Shown: positions 39,555 through 52,351, counted from the first letter of the whole stretch. The stretch: DNA of 63,727 nucleotides, filler included, from Octopus bimaculoides (GCF_001194135.2; 5 parts of 4 records of this genome joined end to end with filler, not necessarily neighbours in it), one strand, 5' to 3'. The notes: a model not told the origin generated them from the sequence alone. Translations and numbers: made by a program.

Positions 39555-39760
39555 ATCTTTTATTTGTTGCAGTCATTAGACTGCGGCCATGCTGGGGCAC
39601 TGCCTTGCGGAATTTTAGTCGAACTAATCGACCCCACTACTTATTTTCTTTTTAAGCCTAGTGCTTATTCAATTAGACCCTTTTCCAAACCGCTAAGTTA
39701 CGGGCACTTACACACTAATACCGGTCGTCAAGCGGAGGAACACAAACACAAACGCACACT
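39555..39760 (-). mobile_element. SINE family C tail
   Basis: CAGTCATTAGACTGCGGCCATGCTGGGGCAC..CCGCTAAGTTACGGG. Confidence 0.8.
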
Positions 39761-39776
39761 ACTATTTAAATAGTAG

Positions 39777-39993
39777 AAGGTGTTGAGCTGGCAGAATCGT
39801 TAGTACGCCGAGCAAAATGCTTAGCGGCATTTCATCCGTCCTTACCTTCTGAGTTCAAATTCTGTCGAGGCCAACTTAGCCTTTCATCCTTTCGGTTGTA
39901 GATAAAATACGAACCAGTTCAGCACTGGAATCGATGTAATCGACTTACCCCTCCCCCGAAATTACTGGCCTTGTACCAAAATTTGAAACCAAT
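39777..39993 (+). mobile_element. SINE family A
   Basis: Full copy with near-identical flanks TATTTAAATRGTAGA. Confidence 0.9.
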
Positions 39994-40380
39994 ATTTAAA
40001 TGGTAGACAAAGACTAAAAAAGAATCTGTATATATGTATCTATCGCACCCTACCGGCCCCTGTGTCCCAATACCCATATACGATTTTCAATCAGTCCTTA
40101 AGAGATTGTAACACCTTCTTTGAAAGGCACTATCCCAGAGTAAATTTCTAGGTGAAAATTAATTAGGAGTTGCAATCCAGAGGTTTTGAGACTTTTATTT
40201 TAGTTGAGGCAGCTATAACTGTCTTAGATCATTGTAATTTTATTATATCATCACTATAATATAATAAGCTGACCTGCCAACTGTTTTATTCCAGATTGAA
40301 GGAGTCGACTGTAACAGTACTTTTAGCACACCCAACAAACACTGCTTATCACAGCTGACTAGTTTTCAAAAGCAGTCGGG

Positions 40381-40700
40381 ACACGAAGACAATTTGGAAG
40401 TTCGCTGTGCAATAAGGTTTTGTGTTAAACTGGATAAATGCGTTACAAAAACTTATGCAATATTCCATACTGTTTATAGATTAACTTGTATGAGCTGAAC
40501 ATCTGTTTTTTGCTGGCAAGAGATTGAAGGACGACAGAGAGGAGGTGAGAGACGATTAGGGATGTCGGAGGGATAGCTGCATCAGAACATCAGAGCTGAT
40601 TGAGAAAATTCGCAATTTTCTGGACGAAGCCCGCTGTGAATCTATAATGAAAATCGGCTTACTGTTAGGAGTTGCTGTGACAAATGTACACAAAATATCT
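40381..40700 (+). mobile_element. Mariner transposase N-terminal (HTH) remnant
   Basis: LEVRCAIRFCVKLDK..KTYAIF..VY...MS*TSVFCW..EVRDD...LIEKIRNFLDEAR..I..LGV...VHKI. Confidence 0.75.
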
Positions 40701-40904
40701 TATATTCTGCTGCAGGACTTGAGAGCTGTAATGGTTTTTAATGTCGTCAAATTATCTACATTTGTAATTCAGTATAATTGTTAATGTTTATCTCCAGCTA
40801 AGTTTTGAATGAGCTGAGCTATAATCAAAAGCATTTCAGCCATGGCCATTCAGTCTTTTTCTACTCTAATGTATATAGAATTATATTATCCAGTTTTTCT
40901 TTCC

Positions 40905-41105
40905 TTTGATATTGATTTCAAATTTTGGCACTGGGCCAGCAATTTGGGGGGAGGAGTAAGTCAGTTACATCGACCTCAGTACTCAACTAGTACTTATTTT
41001 ATCGAAGTAAAGTCAACCTTGGTGGACTTTGAACTCAGAACGTAAAGATGGCCAAAATGCAGCAAAACATTTTGTCCGGCGTGCTAACGTTTCTGCCAAC
41101 GCACC
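40905..41105 (-). mobile_element. SINE family A
   Basis: Reverse copy. Confidence 0.85.
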
Positions 41106-41522
41106 ACCTTTCTTCCTTCTATGATAGCGATAGAGATTTGGTTACTATTTCTTACAGATGAGCAATTTGATGGAGCTATAACAACTATTTCTACTGAATC
41201 TATTGACCACACAAGGGCTCCATTACTGGCTCTGATTCCTGTTTTAATTTCAACAATTTTTTTTTTTATCGGGAGAGGGACAGTCGATTGCATCAGAACA
41301 GAACATAACAGGTCGACCCCTACTTCGTTGAGAAATAAAAGTTAAAATCGACCTCGGTGGAATTTGAACTCAGAAAATTTTGAGGAAAAAAAACCGCGAA
41401 AGAATTTTCATTCAACACTATGCTGTGTTTGCTCGATCCCCTACCATCATTTAAAAATATTACAAATGACATTCATTTTCAACTCAAAATTATAACTTTT
41501 TAATCAAACAATAAATTAAACA

Positions 41523-41553
41523 TCTATCTATATATATAAAAATGAGAATGTGC

Positions 41554-41591
<38 letters not shown>

Positions 41592-41633
41592 GTGTGTGAC
41601 TCCCTAAAACTCGAGAACTACGCAACCACAGTT
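41523..41633 (+). mobile_element. Helitron-type 5' terminus
   Basis: A|TCTATCTATATATATAAAAATGAGAATG followed by a (GTCT)n microsatellite, the usual layout of invertebrate Helitron/HINE 5' ends. Truncated by gap. Confidence 0.65.
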
Positions 41634-41733
41634 NNNNNNNNNNNNNNNNNNNNNNNNNNNNNNNNNNNNNNNNNNNNTTAATTAATTAANNNNNNNNNNN
41701 NNNNNNNNNNNNNNNNNNNNNNNNNNNNNNNNN
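41634..41733. other. Artificial contig join N44-TTAATTAATTAA-N44
   Basis: Linker at 41678-41689. Confidence 0.95.
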
Positions 41734-43666
41734 TAATCTCTATAGAAACCATATAATAAGTTAATATTTAGACAAGTAATAAGTAAATTAATATTAAGCT
41801 ATTTTCTTTGCAATTTTTTTCCTCCCTCTATTGTGGTAAAAATATTCAAAGAAGTTTTATCCTTTTGTTAAAATTTCATTCTTAATAATCTTCTTGATTA
41901 CCCGAAATTTTAACTTTATACAATAAGACAATATTGTTTGAAATGATCTTTAGAAATTACTTATTTTATCTCTTTCTTAAATGGCTCTACCCTCCTGACC
42001 ATAGTATTTTATAAGGGCCTTTATATAGATAACCCTTCTAAACAAGTACCACTAAGAAACTATAAATATCATGTAGGGAGTAACAATAATAACTTCTTAA
42101 ACCTATGAAATAACCCTTAGTTTTTAAAAAAATTAAAAAAAGATTAGTGTAAAATATGAATGTTCCATAACTTAAATATTCCTTTAGCTGATATCAGACA
42201 TCAATCTTTTATTGATATTAGCTAAATAAATAAATTTATAATTTTTAGTCTATATATTTTGAATTATTATACTTTTTCTATAAATCTTCTCTATTGGTGT
42301 TAATAAGCTACATATACTTTACCATAGTATTAGTAATTAAGTTATTTTATTCCTTTTCCATGGTGTTCTTTATTATTTTATAATTAGCCTTTATTTATTC
42401 ATAAAATTAAGTTAATCTTTGTATCTCTATAAATTCATACTTAGCTTATATAAAACTATACTGGTATATTCACTACTTATAAAAAAAACTGATTAGATTA
42501 TAATTTTATTAATATATAATTAACATGTTCTTTTACCTCAATACTCCTTTATTAATACCAGTATATACCAATTAATCAATATTCACAGATACCATCTCAC
42601 GAGTTAGTATTTAAGTGTACAATATGTATAAATATTAAACTATTTCTGGATAATTTCTTTTCCTGCCTCTATTGTGGTAAAAATTTGGTACGTACTCAAA
42701 AGTATTCATAAATTTCTATCCTTTTTCTATAATATTCTTCTTAATAACCCTCTGAATAACCCTAAACTTTAATTGTATACAATATAGTAACTTTGTTTAA
42801 AATATTTAACTATAGTACCACATGATAAGACTTTCCCTGTTTCTTTATCAATGGTCTGCTAGTAGGCGACCCCCTTAATTGTCAGCTAACATTTTGTTTT
42901 AAGTTTTCCTTTACCAAACCTCATGATATTGCTTCTAATAAATCTTGAATTTTATGACTTTACCAACTATGATTTCTGTCTGCTCCCTCAACCCTACCCC
43001 TAACAGATACTGCCCTTCATTCTCTCAGCCTTAGATATACAAGGATTTGATAAACTAGTCTATAAATTAAAACTGACCCTATAAGAACAAAACAATCAGT
43101 GACAGGTAGAGTCTTCTTGATAATTTAGTAACTTCTATACTGAAGTGGAGACAACATGTTCTTTGTCTATTTCCTTAACTTCTTGGAGATTTTAGGTATA
43201 ATTATACTAATGTGTCCATCTGTTCTAATTTAATTAAATTCTGTCTTTGTGCATCTGAGGATTGCTCTGCATTTTAAATTGATGTAATGATTGCGTTGTT
43301 CAATTNNNNNNNNNNNNNNNNNNNNATATATAAAATAAAAAAGGGATTTGTATGATAGTGTATAGAGGAATATATTATTTAAAAGAGTTCCAACTCTGTC
43401 GGTTTTTATGTTTTATCTATATTCTTATAAAATTAATGTGGGATATAGAATATGGAATATATAATATAAATAGTAAAATGAAATGAAGTATTGAATGTCT
43501 TATTGAATATATGAAATATTGAGTATTAAATATATATAAGGACTAGTATACTTTCTTGCTTAATAGCAGTCATGACAGATGTACTGTAGTTGGCTGGCTG
43601 TCCTTTTGTCTTTTATACACTTTCCTTTGGACAGCAGCAGTAGGTATTTGGATATTTTTAATCTAC

Positions 43667-44440
43667 TTAATGACCTTGGGATTTATGAATAGACATTGCG
43701 AAGTAAAGTCGCACTGGGAATTGTGTTCGTTTGAACTCAAATGGCATGTCTGCTGGTTTGATTGGAATTCTTGGAATGGAAACCTCTTCCCCAGAGGCAC
43801 ATCCAGTGATGATGGTAGCTTCTATCACATTAGGTGATAATGTCTTCACATTGTCCCATTGCATAATTTAGGAGGATCTAAATTTCTTAGAAGCATTATT
43901 AGGACTCCTACTTTCAGAAAAAAAAGTTTAAATGGAGGTGTTCCAGGTGGCTCAAGAGAACTAAGGAACTCTGTTAGGTAATGGACAGCTTAATTTTCAC
44001 CAGAGACTGAATCAACTGATTTGTACTCCTTAATGACTGTTGGAATCTTATTCATTAATTCATAGTTAATCCTTGCTACTGTCTCATTTTTGGAGCAAGA
44101 ATTTCCCCTTTCACACAACCATTTATGAGATTTATAACTATTACTTAAGTCTTGAAATACCTTGTTCTTCAATTCAGCTGAGGAATTCTCCATGATAGCA
44201 ACATGAGCCAAATTGATAGCACCATTCCCATCAAATGGTACTCTTCCATTTCCTAATTGGAGGAGCCAGGTTGAAAACTGTTCTACACATTGGTCCCCAT
44301 GTAATAAGCTCGCATGTTAGTGGTGAAGGAGAATTTCTGTACTTAATTCTATTGGTGTGAAGACTTAATGCGTGCTTTTATTTCATCAGATCTTGTCTGA
44401 AGTCTTCTGATAAAGCTAATGTAATTCCTCCCGTAGATTC
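43667..44440 (-). mobile_element. Helitron PIF1-like helicase remnant
   Basis: GGITLALSEDFRQ...FSTWLLQLGNG...[44 protein letters not shown]...IPRIPIKPADMPFEFKRTQFPVRLYFAMSIHKSQG, with stops and frameshifts. Confidence 0.95.
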
Positions 44441-44486
44441 ATTGTTGACTCTTATGTCCGTCACTTTTACATATGTATATGCATGT

Positions 44487-44565
<79 letters not shown>

Positions 44566-46049
44566 ATCTATCTATCTACTTACAAAACGCGTTGAATAAT
44601 AGGAAATGCATGGAAACCACTGCAATTTATACATATAGAATGAATTTTTTTAAAGAGTTGTCTCTTTTTTTTTAAATATGTTCCTGTTTCTGTATCGCAG
44701 TAGCAATCTCACAAAAATTCGAGCGCACACGCGCGCGTGCGTAGGCGTACCCCTGTGTGTGTGTGTTGTGTGCGTATGCGCATGTTTTGTGTGTATGTAT
44801 GTGTGCGGATGTGTATGTATATATATATGATTGTGTATACATACATATATATATATATACACACACATACATATATTTATATATATTTACATTTATACAT
44901 ACAAATATCGCATATATATATGTATATATATATATTTGTATGCGACATCTGTATCTATCATGAATGTGAAACAGGAATCTATTTGTTCTACCCTCAACTA
45001 ATTGATGCCACAATATAAATTGCCGAGTTTTATGCGAGTCTTATTGTTCAATATGTTTGATAGCTACACTTTAGAAATCCCTTATTTGACTATGAAAACA
45101 ATGTTGTTATTATGCATATGAATAGCATTTTTTTTCTCAACTGAAATCGGATTAAACCGGAGGATGTATAGCTGTTTATGTATTAAATTATCTTTCATAT
45201 ACTGAAATGATATGGAAAAATAAATAAAAAGAAGAATCTTAATTTGAATATGTTTTGTTAATGATTCAGCATTGCTAATGCTATAGGAAAAATTATGTAT
45301 TGGGATAACTACATTTATGTTTTTGCGGTGGATTGAACAAAACAAATATTTCGTTTCTATTCTTACGGTTAACCATTCTCGTATTTGATTCAATGTAATA
45401 AAATTTTCTATAAAATCAATTTCTGTATAGAGCTATCTTATAATTATAATATGTGGAAGAATTCTTAATGATCATTTGCAAAGCTGCTTGTCAGTATAAG
45501 TAATACATTCCTGAATAAAGTTTTAATAATGATCCTTGGGTGGATCAATTGTTTGTGTATACAGCTTATAGTTTCATTGGGTTTACGGAATGAGTAGTGA
45601 CCGTTAGTATGGTGTTACTGGCATCCAAGCAATGAATAGTGCTAAGTTCTTAAAAGAGTATAAATTTTTTTCAATTAATACCGTGGATTATATGATAATC
45701 TATCCATACGTAGATATATATGCTAATTTTCGCAAATATGGATATAAATGTTGAGGTTCGCGAATCCCTATTAAATGCTTGTATTGTATATATATATCCT
45801 ATTTTTCTGGAATATCAGTTTGTAATATTCCATTGTGCTAGTCTTTTCTCGGATCATACTGTACTCAAGATATATCTTAAATAGGAATTAATGTATGAAA
45901 ATATATTTTTTACTTGCTGGGTTTAAAAGCAAGGCGTGGTGTCCATGGCATTTGTGGGCATCCAAAACCGGCGAGATTGATGACATTACTGTTCCTTTTG
46001 AAACTTTCCAAGTCAAAACGTGCGGGAAAGATATGAATTAACAGTGAAT

Positions 46050-47110
46050 TCCAGATGTTTTAGAAAAGAAAGGTTGGAAGTTGCAATTAGTGTGATGCCT
46101 GGAGTGTTGTATGTAACAAGAATGATGAAAAGGGGAGGGATGAGCAGGACAGAAATGACTGTGTGGAGGCGTCATGAGCTCAGTCAGTTCTGAGGAGTAA
46201 GGCAAATTCAACAGGGCTTAGTAACTATATCTGGGAGCTTAAGGACAAAAAATAGAATATAGATTAGAATGGCGCATACTCGCAAAAACAACTTCTTACA
46301 ACTCTACCAATAGACAGTGCGATTTCTGTTTGACCGAACGCCTGGAAATTCTAATAGCTAAACCACTTCTTCTTAATAGAAAATATGAGAACATTTGTTT
46401 TGTTTACATATAGCCCTCTTTGTCTTGTCCAAGTATCGGTAAACTCGCTTGACCCTGTACAAATCCGACGATAGCATCTTCATCTAAATAATCCCATTTA
46501 GCCGGAAACCACTTAAACTACTTACACGCAAACCGCAAACATTCACCTCCCAATCCCCATTCGCTTCACACACCCCATAATAGATCATTTTACATCTACA
46601 CAAGGCTTCCTCCATTACTACGAACTTCCTACAACTTTAAGACCTAAAGACACATAAATTCCTTACTCATCCCGGACTGAGTAATCCGGATAGAGTTAGC
46701 CCCATTTTGACCATGAGTTAGAGTTAACCCCCTTTCTTTACACCGCCGGTGAAAAGTCTAGCCAGAATAAACACGTGGAAAATATGCGCTTATTTAAACT
46801 TGGGACTACAAATCAAAATAACCTCCATCCTACATCCACTTTGCAGCAGAATTATCAACTAAGAAATCTACTATAATGTAAGACTCAACATTCTTGGTCT
46901 TTATTCTCGTTACCAATGTANNNNNNNNNNTCTACTATAATGTAAGACTCAACATTCTTGGTCTTTATTCTCGTTACCAATGTATCCCTATGTCTTTCGG
47001 TCTTCTTACCTCTACATATGACTCCGCATTCTGATGATGTCTACCACTACAACTGGAAAACAGAAACGATCGTAAATGTACTATTAGTACCACTTTTCTT
47101 TAATTGATTA
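46050..47110 (+). mobile_element. Penelope-like element 3' part (GIY-YIG endonuclease + 3' region with hammerhead)
   Basis: GVLY...TEMTVWRRH..SQF; NSTGLSNYIWELKDKK; IEYRLEWRILAK..SYNSTNRQCDFCLTERLEIL...LLNRKYE (cf. PLE KRCxLCLxEK...LLNKRSE). Confidence 0.85.
47026..47079 (+). ncRNA. Minimal type I hammerhead ribozyme motif
   Basis: GCATT-CTGATGA-[TGTCTACC actacaact GGAAAACA]-GAAA-CGATCG-TA-AATGT. Stem I GCATT/AATGT, intact core boxes, stem II with 2 mismatches, palindromic stem III, GUA cleavage triplet at 47072-47074. Confidence 0.8.
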
Positions 47111-47182
47111 AATTAATGGCTTACTAACGCAAACGACCAACTTGTTCCTCTTATTTTTCATTTTTCCTCCATTTTCTTCTTG

Positions 47183-47214
<32 letters not shown>

Positions 47215-47223
47215 CATACATAC

Positions 47224-47264
<41 letters not shown>

Positions 47265-47749
47265 CACACACTCACACACACACATATATATATATATAAC
47301 CGCGCCATGTTTGACCGACCACTGCAACCTACAAGTTTTTTTCATTCTGTCTCTGTTCATTTTCTCTTATTCCTTTGTGTTGAAAAGCGTAGGGTCGAAA
47401 CATAAAAGACTTTTTCATTTTTCCCGAGCGTCAAACTAATACACTTGATGCTCAATAAACTTATTGTTCATACACCTCACACATGAAATTTATTATTAAA
47501 ATATCTGCAGAAACAAAACTAAAATGAAATATTTCTTAAACCGTTAAAATGTTTAAAATCTCTAAAACACCTGTTGACAAAATCATCCAATTGCTTGATT
47601 ATTTGGTGCATATGAAAATATGAAATTTGTGTCACATAAAACCTATTCATTAGGAATGATATTGATTTTGGTTCTGAGCGTTGAAGGAGACGCAGATTCA
47701 GAAGTAGTTTTTCCTGAGATGCGATTTTGATTCCTGATTTATAGTCATT

Positions 47750-47980
47750 TCAATGCGCATGCGGCAGTAATGTTCTTGGGGACGTCATAAACGTCACTAC
47801 CGCCTATTTCTTCCTGCCCTAAACAATACAGGATTATAACGGTTCGTGTGTGCGCCGATAAGGAAATCAATTGGGTTCTGGTATCGGAAACCCCACCAAG
47901 CGGTTGCAGGTTCCGATTCTATTTTCGGCGAAGTGCTGGGTATTTGTGCGACGAACTAGAGCTGGATATCAGAGGTAGGT
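47750..47980 (+). promoter_or_regulatory. Candidate promoter / first non-coding exon
   Basis: CpG-containing patch with NRF1-type TGCGCATGCG (47754-47763), CRE-like GACGTCA (47781) and ACGTCA (47791), and a consensus-like donor AG|GTAGGT (GT at 47975). Motifs only. Confidence 0.25.
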
Positions 47981-48817
47981 ACTAAAGTGTGACACTAAAT
48001 TAGAGATTAAAACTGAATCTAGACATCAGACATAAGCACTAAAACTACAGAGTGGAAATAAGTAATAGAGCCAGGTACAAGATTCGACACGAGTTCTTGA
48101 CTCAGAAGATAGTCACTAGAGTTCTTACACTCCCATTTCAGCCATTCCATAAGGTACTTATTGCCACACATCCTATGAAAAAAGAGATATTCTATAATCG
48201 AGTTTATCGAGGCAGTTAAATAGAAGACTCGTTAGAGCGGGGATCCACAAAGTGATCAATATTGACCTCTATGTGGCTATCCAAGAGGTCGATAATACTC
48301 GAAACAATTTTGATCATTAAGGGTGCAGAAATATTAGTGAACTGAATCCGAAGAGCGCAGTAATTTAAGGGTAAAACTCGCAAATTTCAAACCAAATATC
48401 AATGAAATAATTTGTTTTCACCAAGCACATATTTCGCATTAAATATTCTGATTATGTCAAAATAAAATGACTTAATTTTTTGTTGCTTGTCATCAATTTC
48501 GTTAAGTACTTTTATAAAATTCTTCAGATATTTTTTTTATTATAAAATGGTTATTGCACAAAAGAACGAAAGATTTATTGTTTTGAAACGAAGAAATTTT
48601 CTTTTAATTATGCATTTTAATATATTTTAGAAGTTCACGCGATAGAAAGTGGTAAGTTATCAAATATTCCATGAAGTCGACGATATCAAGAGTTTGCCGA
48701 CTACTGCGTTTGAGGATAGGGTAAAAAGCCTTGGGGAATTTGTTTCAGTTCTTTTCGCCCCGAGTTCAAATCTTGCTGAGAACAACTTTGACCTTTATTC
48801 TTTCGGAGTCAAGAAAG

Positions 48818-49010
48818 TACGAGAGCGTCCTGAAAAGTTCCTGGCGTTGGGGAAACGAAAATACAGGAGGATCAGTTCATTAGGATTTTACTCAACATAA
48901 TCCCTTCTCAAATTCACACATTTATTGCAGCAGTCCTTCAGTTTTTCTAAGCCCTGTAAAAGAACTCGGAAGATTGGGCTTCTAACCAGGCTTTTCATGA
49001 TACCCCCTCG
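48818..49010 (-). mobile_element. Mariner-like 3' end fragment
   Basis: TACGAGAGCGTCCTGAAAAGTTCC is TIR-like; the reverse strand encodes the typical terminal ..DYVE. Confidence 0.5.
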
Positions 49011-49489
49011 TAAACAACCAGTTAAATGTAATGGATTGATAGAATTGTTAGGGCATCAAACGAGATACCTTATGGTGTTTGTTCCAAGTCTTAGCGTTCT
49101 GAGTACTTGGGAGGTTGACTAATTAGCTTATCACCTGGTTCAACACCACCATCTGTACTTGGATAACTTTATCGGAGTTCACTCTGTTGCAGGCATTCCG
49201 ATCAAGTTTAAGTTATACCTGTATTTCAAAGGTTAGCCATATCACAAGTTTAAGTCTCCTCCCAACTAGTTTCCGAGCATTCCCACCTAAAAGTTCGAAG
49301 GCATTTTCTGTCTCTCTCTGGTTAAACGGTTTTAAAATATTTTAAAATATGAGATAGATTTTCAAGTTAGAATAATTTGCACTTGGTTGTTTAGTGGAAC
49401 AGGAAGGACATAAGAGTAATAGAAAGTAACGATACGTACATTGATTTATATAGTGCTTCCGTTGCTTCTAGCGGGTAGTAACACATGAA

Positions 49490-49490
49490 A

Positions 49491-49575
<85 letters not shown>
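49490..49575. repeat. (TATC)n tetranucleotide microsatellite
   Basis: Direct reading. Confidence 0.97.
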
Positions 49576-49589
49576 GTATATATACTATG

Positions 49590-49885
49590 ACTCTCCGTCG
49601 GTTACAAGGAGTTTCCCACTTGATTCGATCAACGGAACAGCCTGTTCATGTAATTAACATGCAAATAGCTGAGCACTCCACAAACACGCGTACCCTTAAC
49701 GTAGTTCTCAGGGAGATTCAGCGTGGCACAGAATGTGATATGGCTAACCTTTGAAATACAGGTACAACTTAATTTTGTCAGTGGAGTGGACTGGAGCAAT
49801 GTGAAATAAAGTGTCTCGCCCAAAGACACAACCTGCTACCGGGAACAAAACCCACGGGCTTATGATCGTGAGCTGAATAGTCTGG
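49590..49885 (-). mobile_element. SINE family B-related (diverged subfamily)
   Basis: Shares the 3' body (CGGAACAGCCTG..ACCCTTAACGTAGTTCTC..ATTCAGCGTG) but has a different middle. Confidence 0.8.
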
Positions 49886-51177
49886 TACTGTGTACTCATT
49901 TGTCTACAGTGCCTCAGTGTATTACTTAAGTGTATTACTAATACTTCTATTGCATTTAACTCCAATGTACTAATATGATGATTGCACGCTATAACAACTT
50001 TTTACATTGATGTATGTCTACAATATAGAACTAGATAAAGGATCAATGAGGAAACGTTAATCTACGACATAATTGATTAACGTCACATTCAAAGTGATAT
50101 TTATTTCTTATAGACATACTACTCTTGCATGAAATCGAGCTAATATTGATCACCTGGTGGAACATTTTGAAAAATCAAGCGTACAATCAATCACCAAAGT
50201 TACTAATACTATTGGTTCATTACAGCAAACTTCATCTTCGTACGGTACTCAAGATATTTTGGTGAACCATCGTGCTTCATCGAAATAGTTTCCCGTTGTT
50301 TTAATCATAAAAGTAAGTGTTAACGTTACCTGTCAAGTTATTTATTTTTTTGTGTGACTTAATGTAATTTTACTAATGAGAATTTAAGATTTAAGAATTG
50401 ATTTGTAGGTTTCTCATTTAAAACAAAGCACATACAAACACGAGCATTCAGACAAAAAGATTTTATATTCCATTAAAGTCTTCAATATTTAAAATACAAG
50501 AAAACAATAGTAGCAAAAATGTACATTAACCCTTTTTTATTTTTGTTCAGTATCTTTATTTTCCATCTTAATTAGAATTTAATTATTTGAAATTAATCAA
50601 TACAGTTTAGAATTATCTTTTTGTTTTGTAAAAATATAGTCACAGGTAAATTTTTAATAGAAGAGTAANNNNNNNNNNTATATGTTCTAACGATATTGGA
50701 CGTATGGAATTAAATGTAATTTATAATGTATTTTATTTATTCCAATACATTAATGCTTTCCATATTTCCCACGTTTTGATAAATTGTAAGAACGTCTCTG
50801 TCAAAATATGTTCGAAATTAATTATTATGTTGAAAATGAAGAAAAAACATTTTTGAAAGCCAAAATGATTTGTTGGCTCGCCAACTGAAGGCCACTTTGT
50901 AGTTAAGTATTGTAGTAGTAATAGTAGTTTTTAGATCCCTGTTTGATTAAGTAGATATATATATATAGGTAAAATACGGTGTCTGAACGGAAATAAAAAT
51001 GAAAGACAATTCATATGTAACCAATCAATTCTTATATTTTTCAGGTATACTGCATCTAGGATTACATTATCAACTATGTCCATTCTTTTTTTTATTGGTG
51101 GTAGGTTGTGATATTATTTGAGGGAGATTTTACTGCTATTTCTGGCAGTAAATTAAAATAACAACCACACACACGTG

Positions 51178-52351
51178 TTAGGTCGAGTATGAAATTTGTA
51201 GTAAGGTATATGGTAAACTTTGACAGCTGCTCATTTTGCGCCGTTATTATATTTTGAGAATATTTTTTGTTAGAAAGCTGATACATCTGTTTCTTTATTC
51301 AAACTCATTTTGCGCTTTATAAAGTATTTATAAATCGTTTTTTGCTGTTTTTGTTTAGAGATGGATAAGTCGGAAATTCGTACAATTCTGAAATATAAGT
51401 ACTTTCTTGGAAATACAGCATCACAGACAGCTCGGAGTATTATTTCATTCTAATGTTATTACACAGCAGACAGTATCAAAGTAGTTTTCAAAATTTCGTT
51501 CTGGTAACTTTGACCTCACAAATGAGCAACGCGGTCGACCAGAAACAAAGGTGGATAATGACGAACTGAAAGCCACCGTCGAGTCAGATCCATCTCAAAG
51601 AAGCAATGAAAATCAATGAAAATAAGAAGCAGCAACGTATGGAAGCCTGCATTATGCTACTTTCTCGTCACAAAAATTAATCATTTTTGAATCGAATTGT
51701 AACATGTGATGAGAAATGGCTCTAATACAACAACCGTAAACGTTCAGCACAATGGTTGGATAAAGAAGAGTCACCAAAACACAGTCCAAAAAGCAAAATT
51801 CATCAAAAGAAGCTGATGATGTGTTTGGTGGTCTGGCGCAGGTGTGATCCATTATGATTTCATTAAACGTGGCTTATCAATCACGGCCGAAGTATACTGC
51901 AGCCATCTGGACCAAACGATGCAGAAACTTACAAAAAGCAGCCTAGATTAGTCAACAGATCCACTAATATTTTATTGCAAGACAACGCCAGACCACACAT
52001 CGAAAAAATGACATTGGTGAAACTACAAGAGTTGGAGTTGGAAGTTCTCCATCATCCACTATACTCACCTGATCTTGCCTCCACTGACTACCACTTCTTA
52101 CAGAATTTGGATAACTTTTTGATAGGAAAAATTTAATTCCGACGATGCTGTAAAACAACATTCCAAGATTTTATTGATTCTAGATTGCCAGGCTTTCATA
52201 GTTCCCTGCTGGACAAGCTACCGCTGAAATGGCAAAAGTGTTTTGACAATAAGGGTGCATACTTTGATGAATAAAACTATTCCTTGTATTTATAAAACGT
52301 TAGCAAACTTTTTTTCTCTTTTCTACAAATTTCGTACTTGACGACCTAATA
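51178..52351 (+). mobile_element. Mariner (SETMAR/Hsmar-like) element, near full length, inactive
   Basis: TIRs TTAGGTCG..AGTATGAAATTTGTAG / CTACAAATTTCGTACTTGACGACCTAA+TA. Coding remnants FLNRIVTCDEKWL*YNNRKRSAQW, LLQDNARPH, HPLYSPDLASTDYHFL. Confidence 0.92.

Noticed and set aside
41820-42690. YCGK motifs on the plus strand as C2H2 zinc fingers
   Set aside because: No 84-nt periodicity, HTGEKP linkers or His pairs; conservation between the two copies is best in a minus-strand frame.
46867-46984. 54-bp tandem duplication within the PLE 3' region that could mimic a pseudo-LTR
   Set aside because: The two copies sit exactly either side of a 10-N gap, so this is an assembly overlap.
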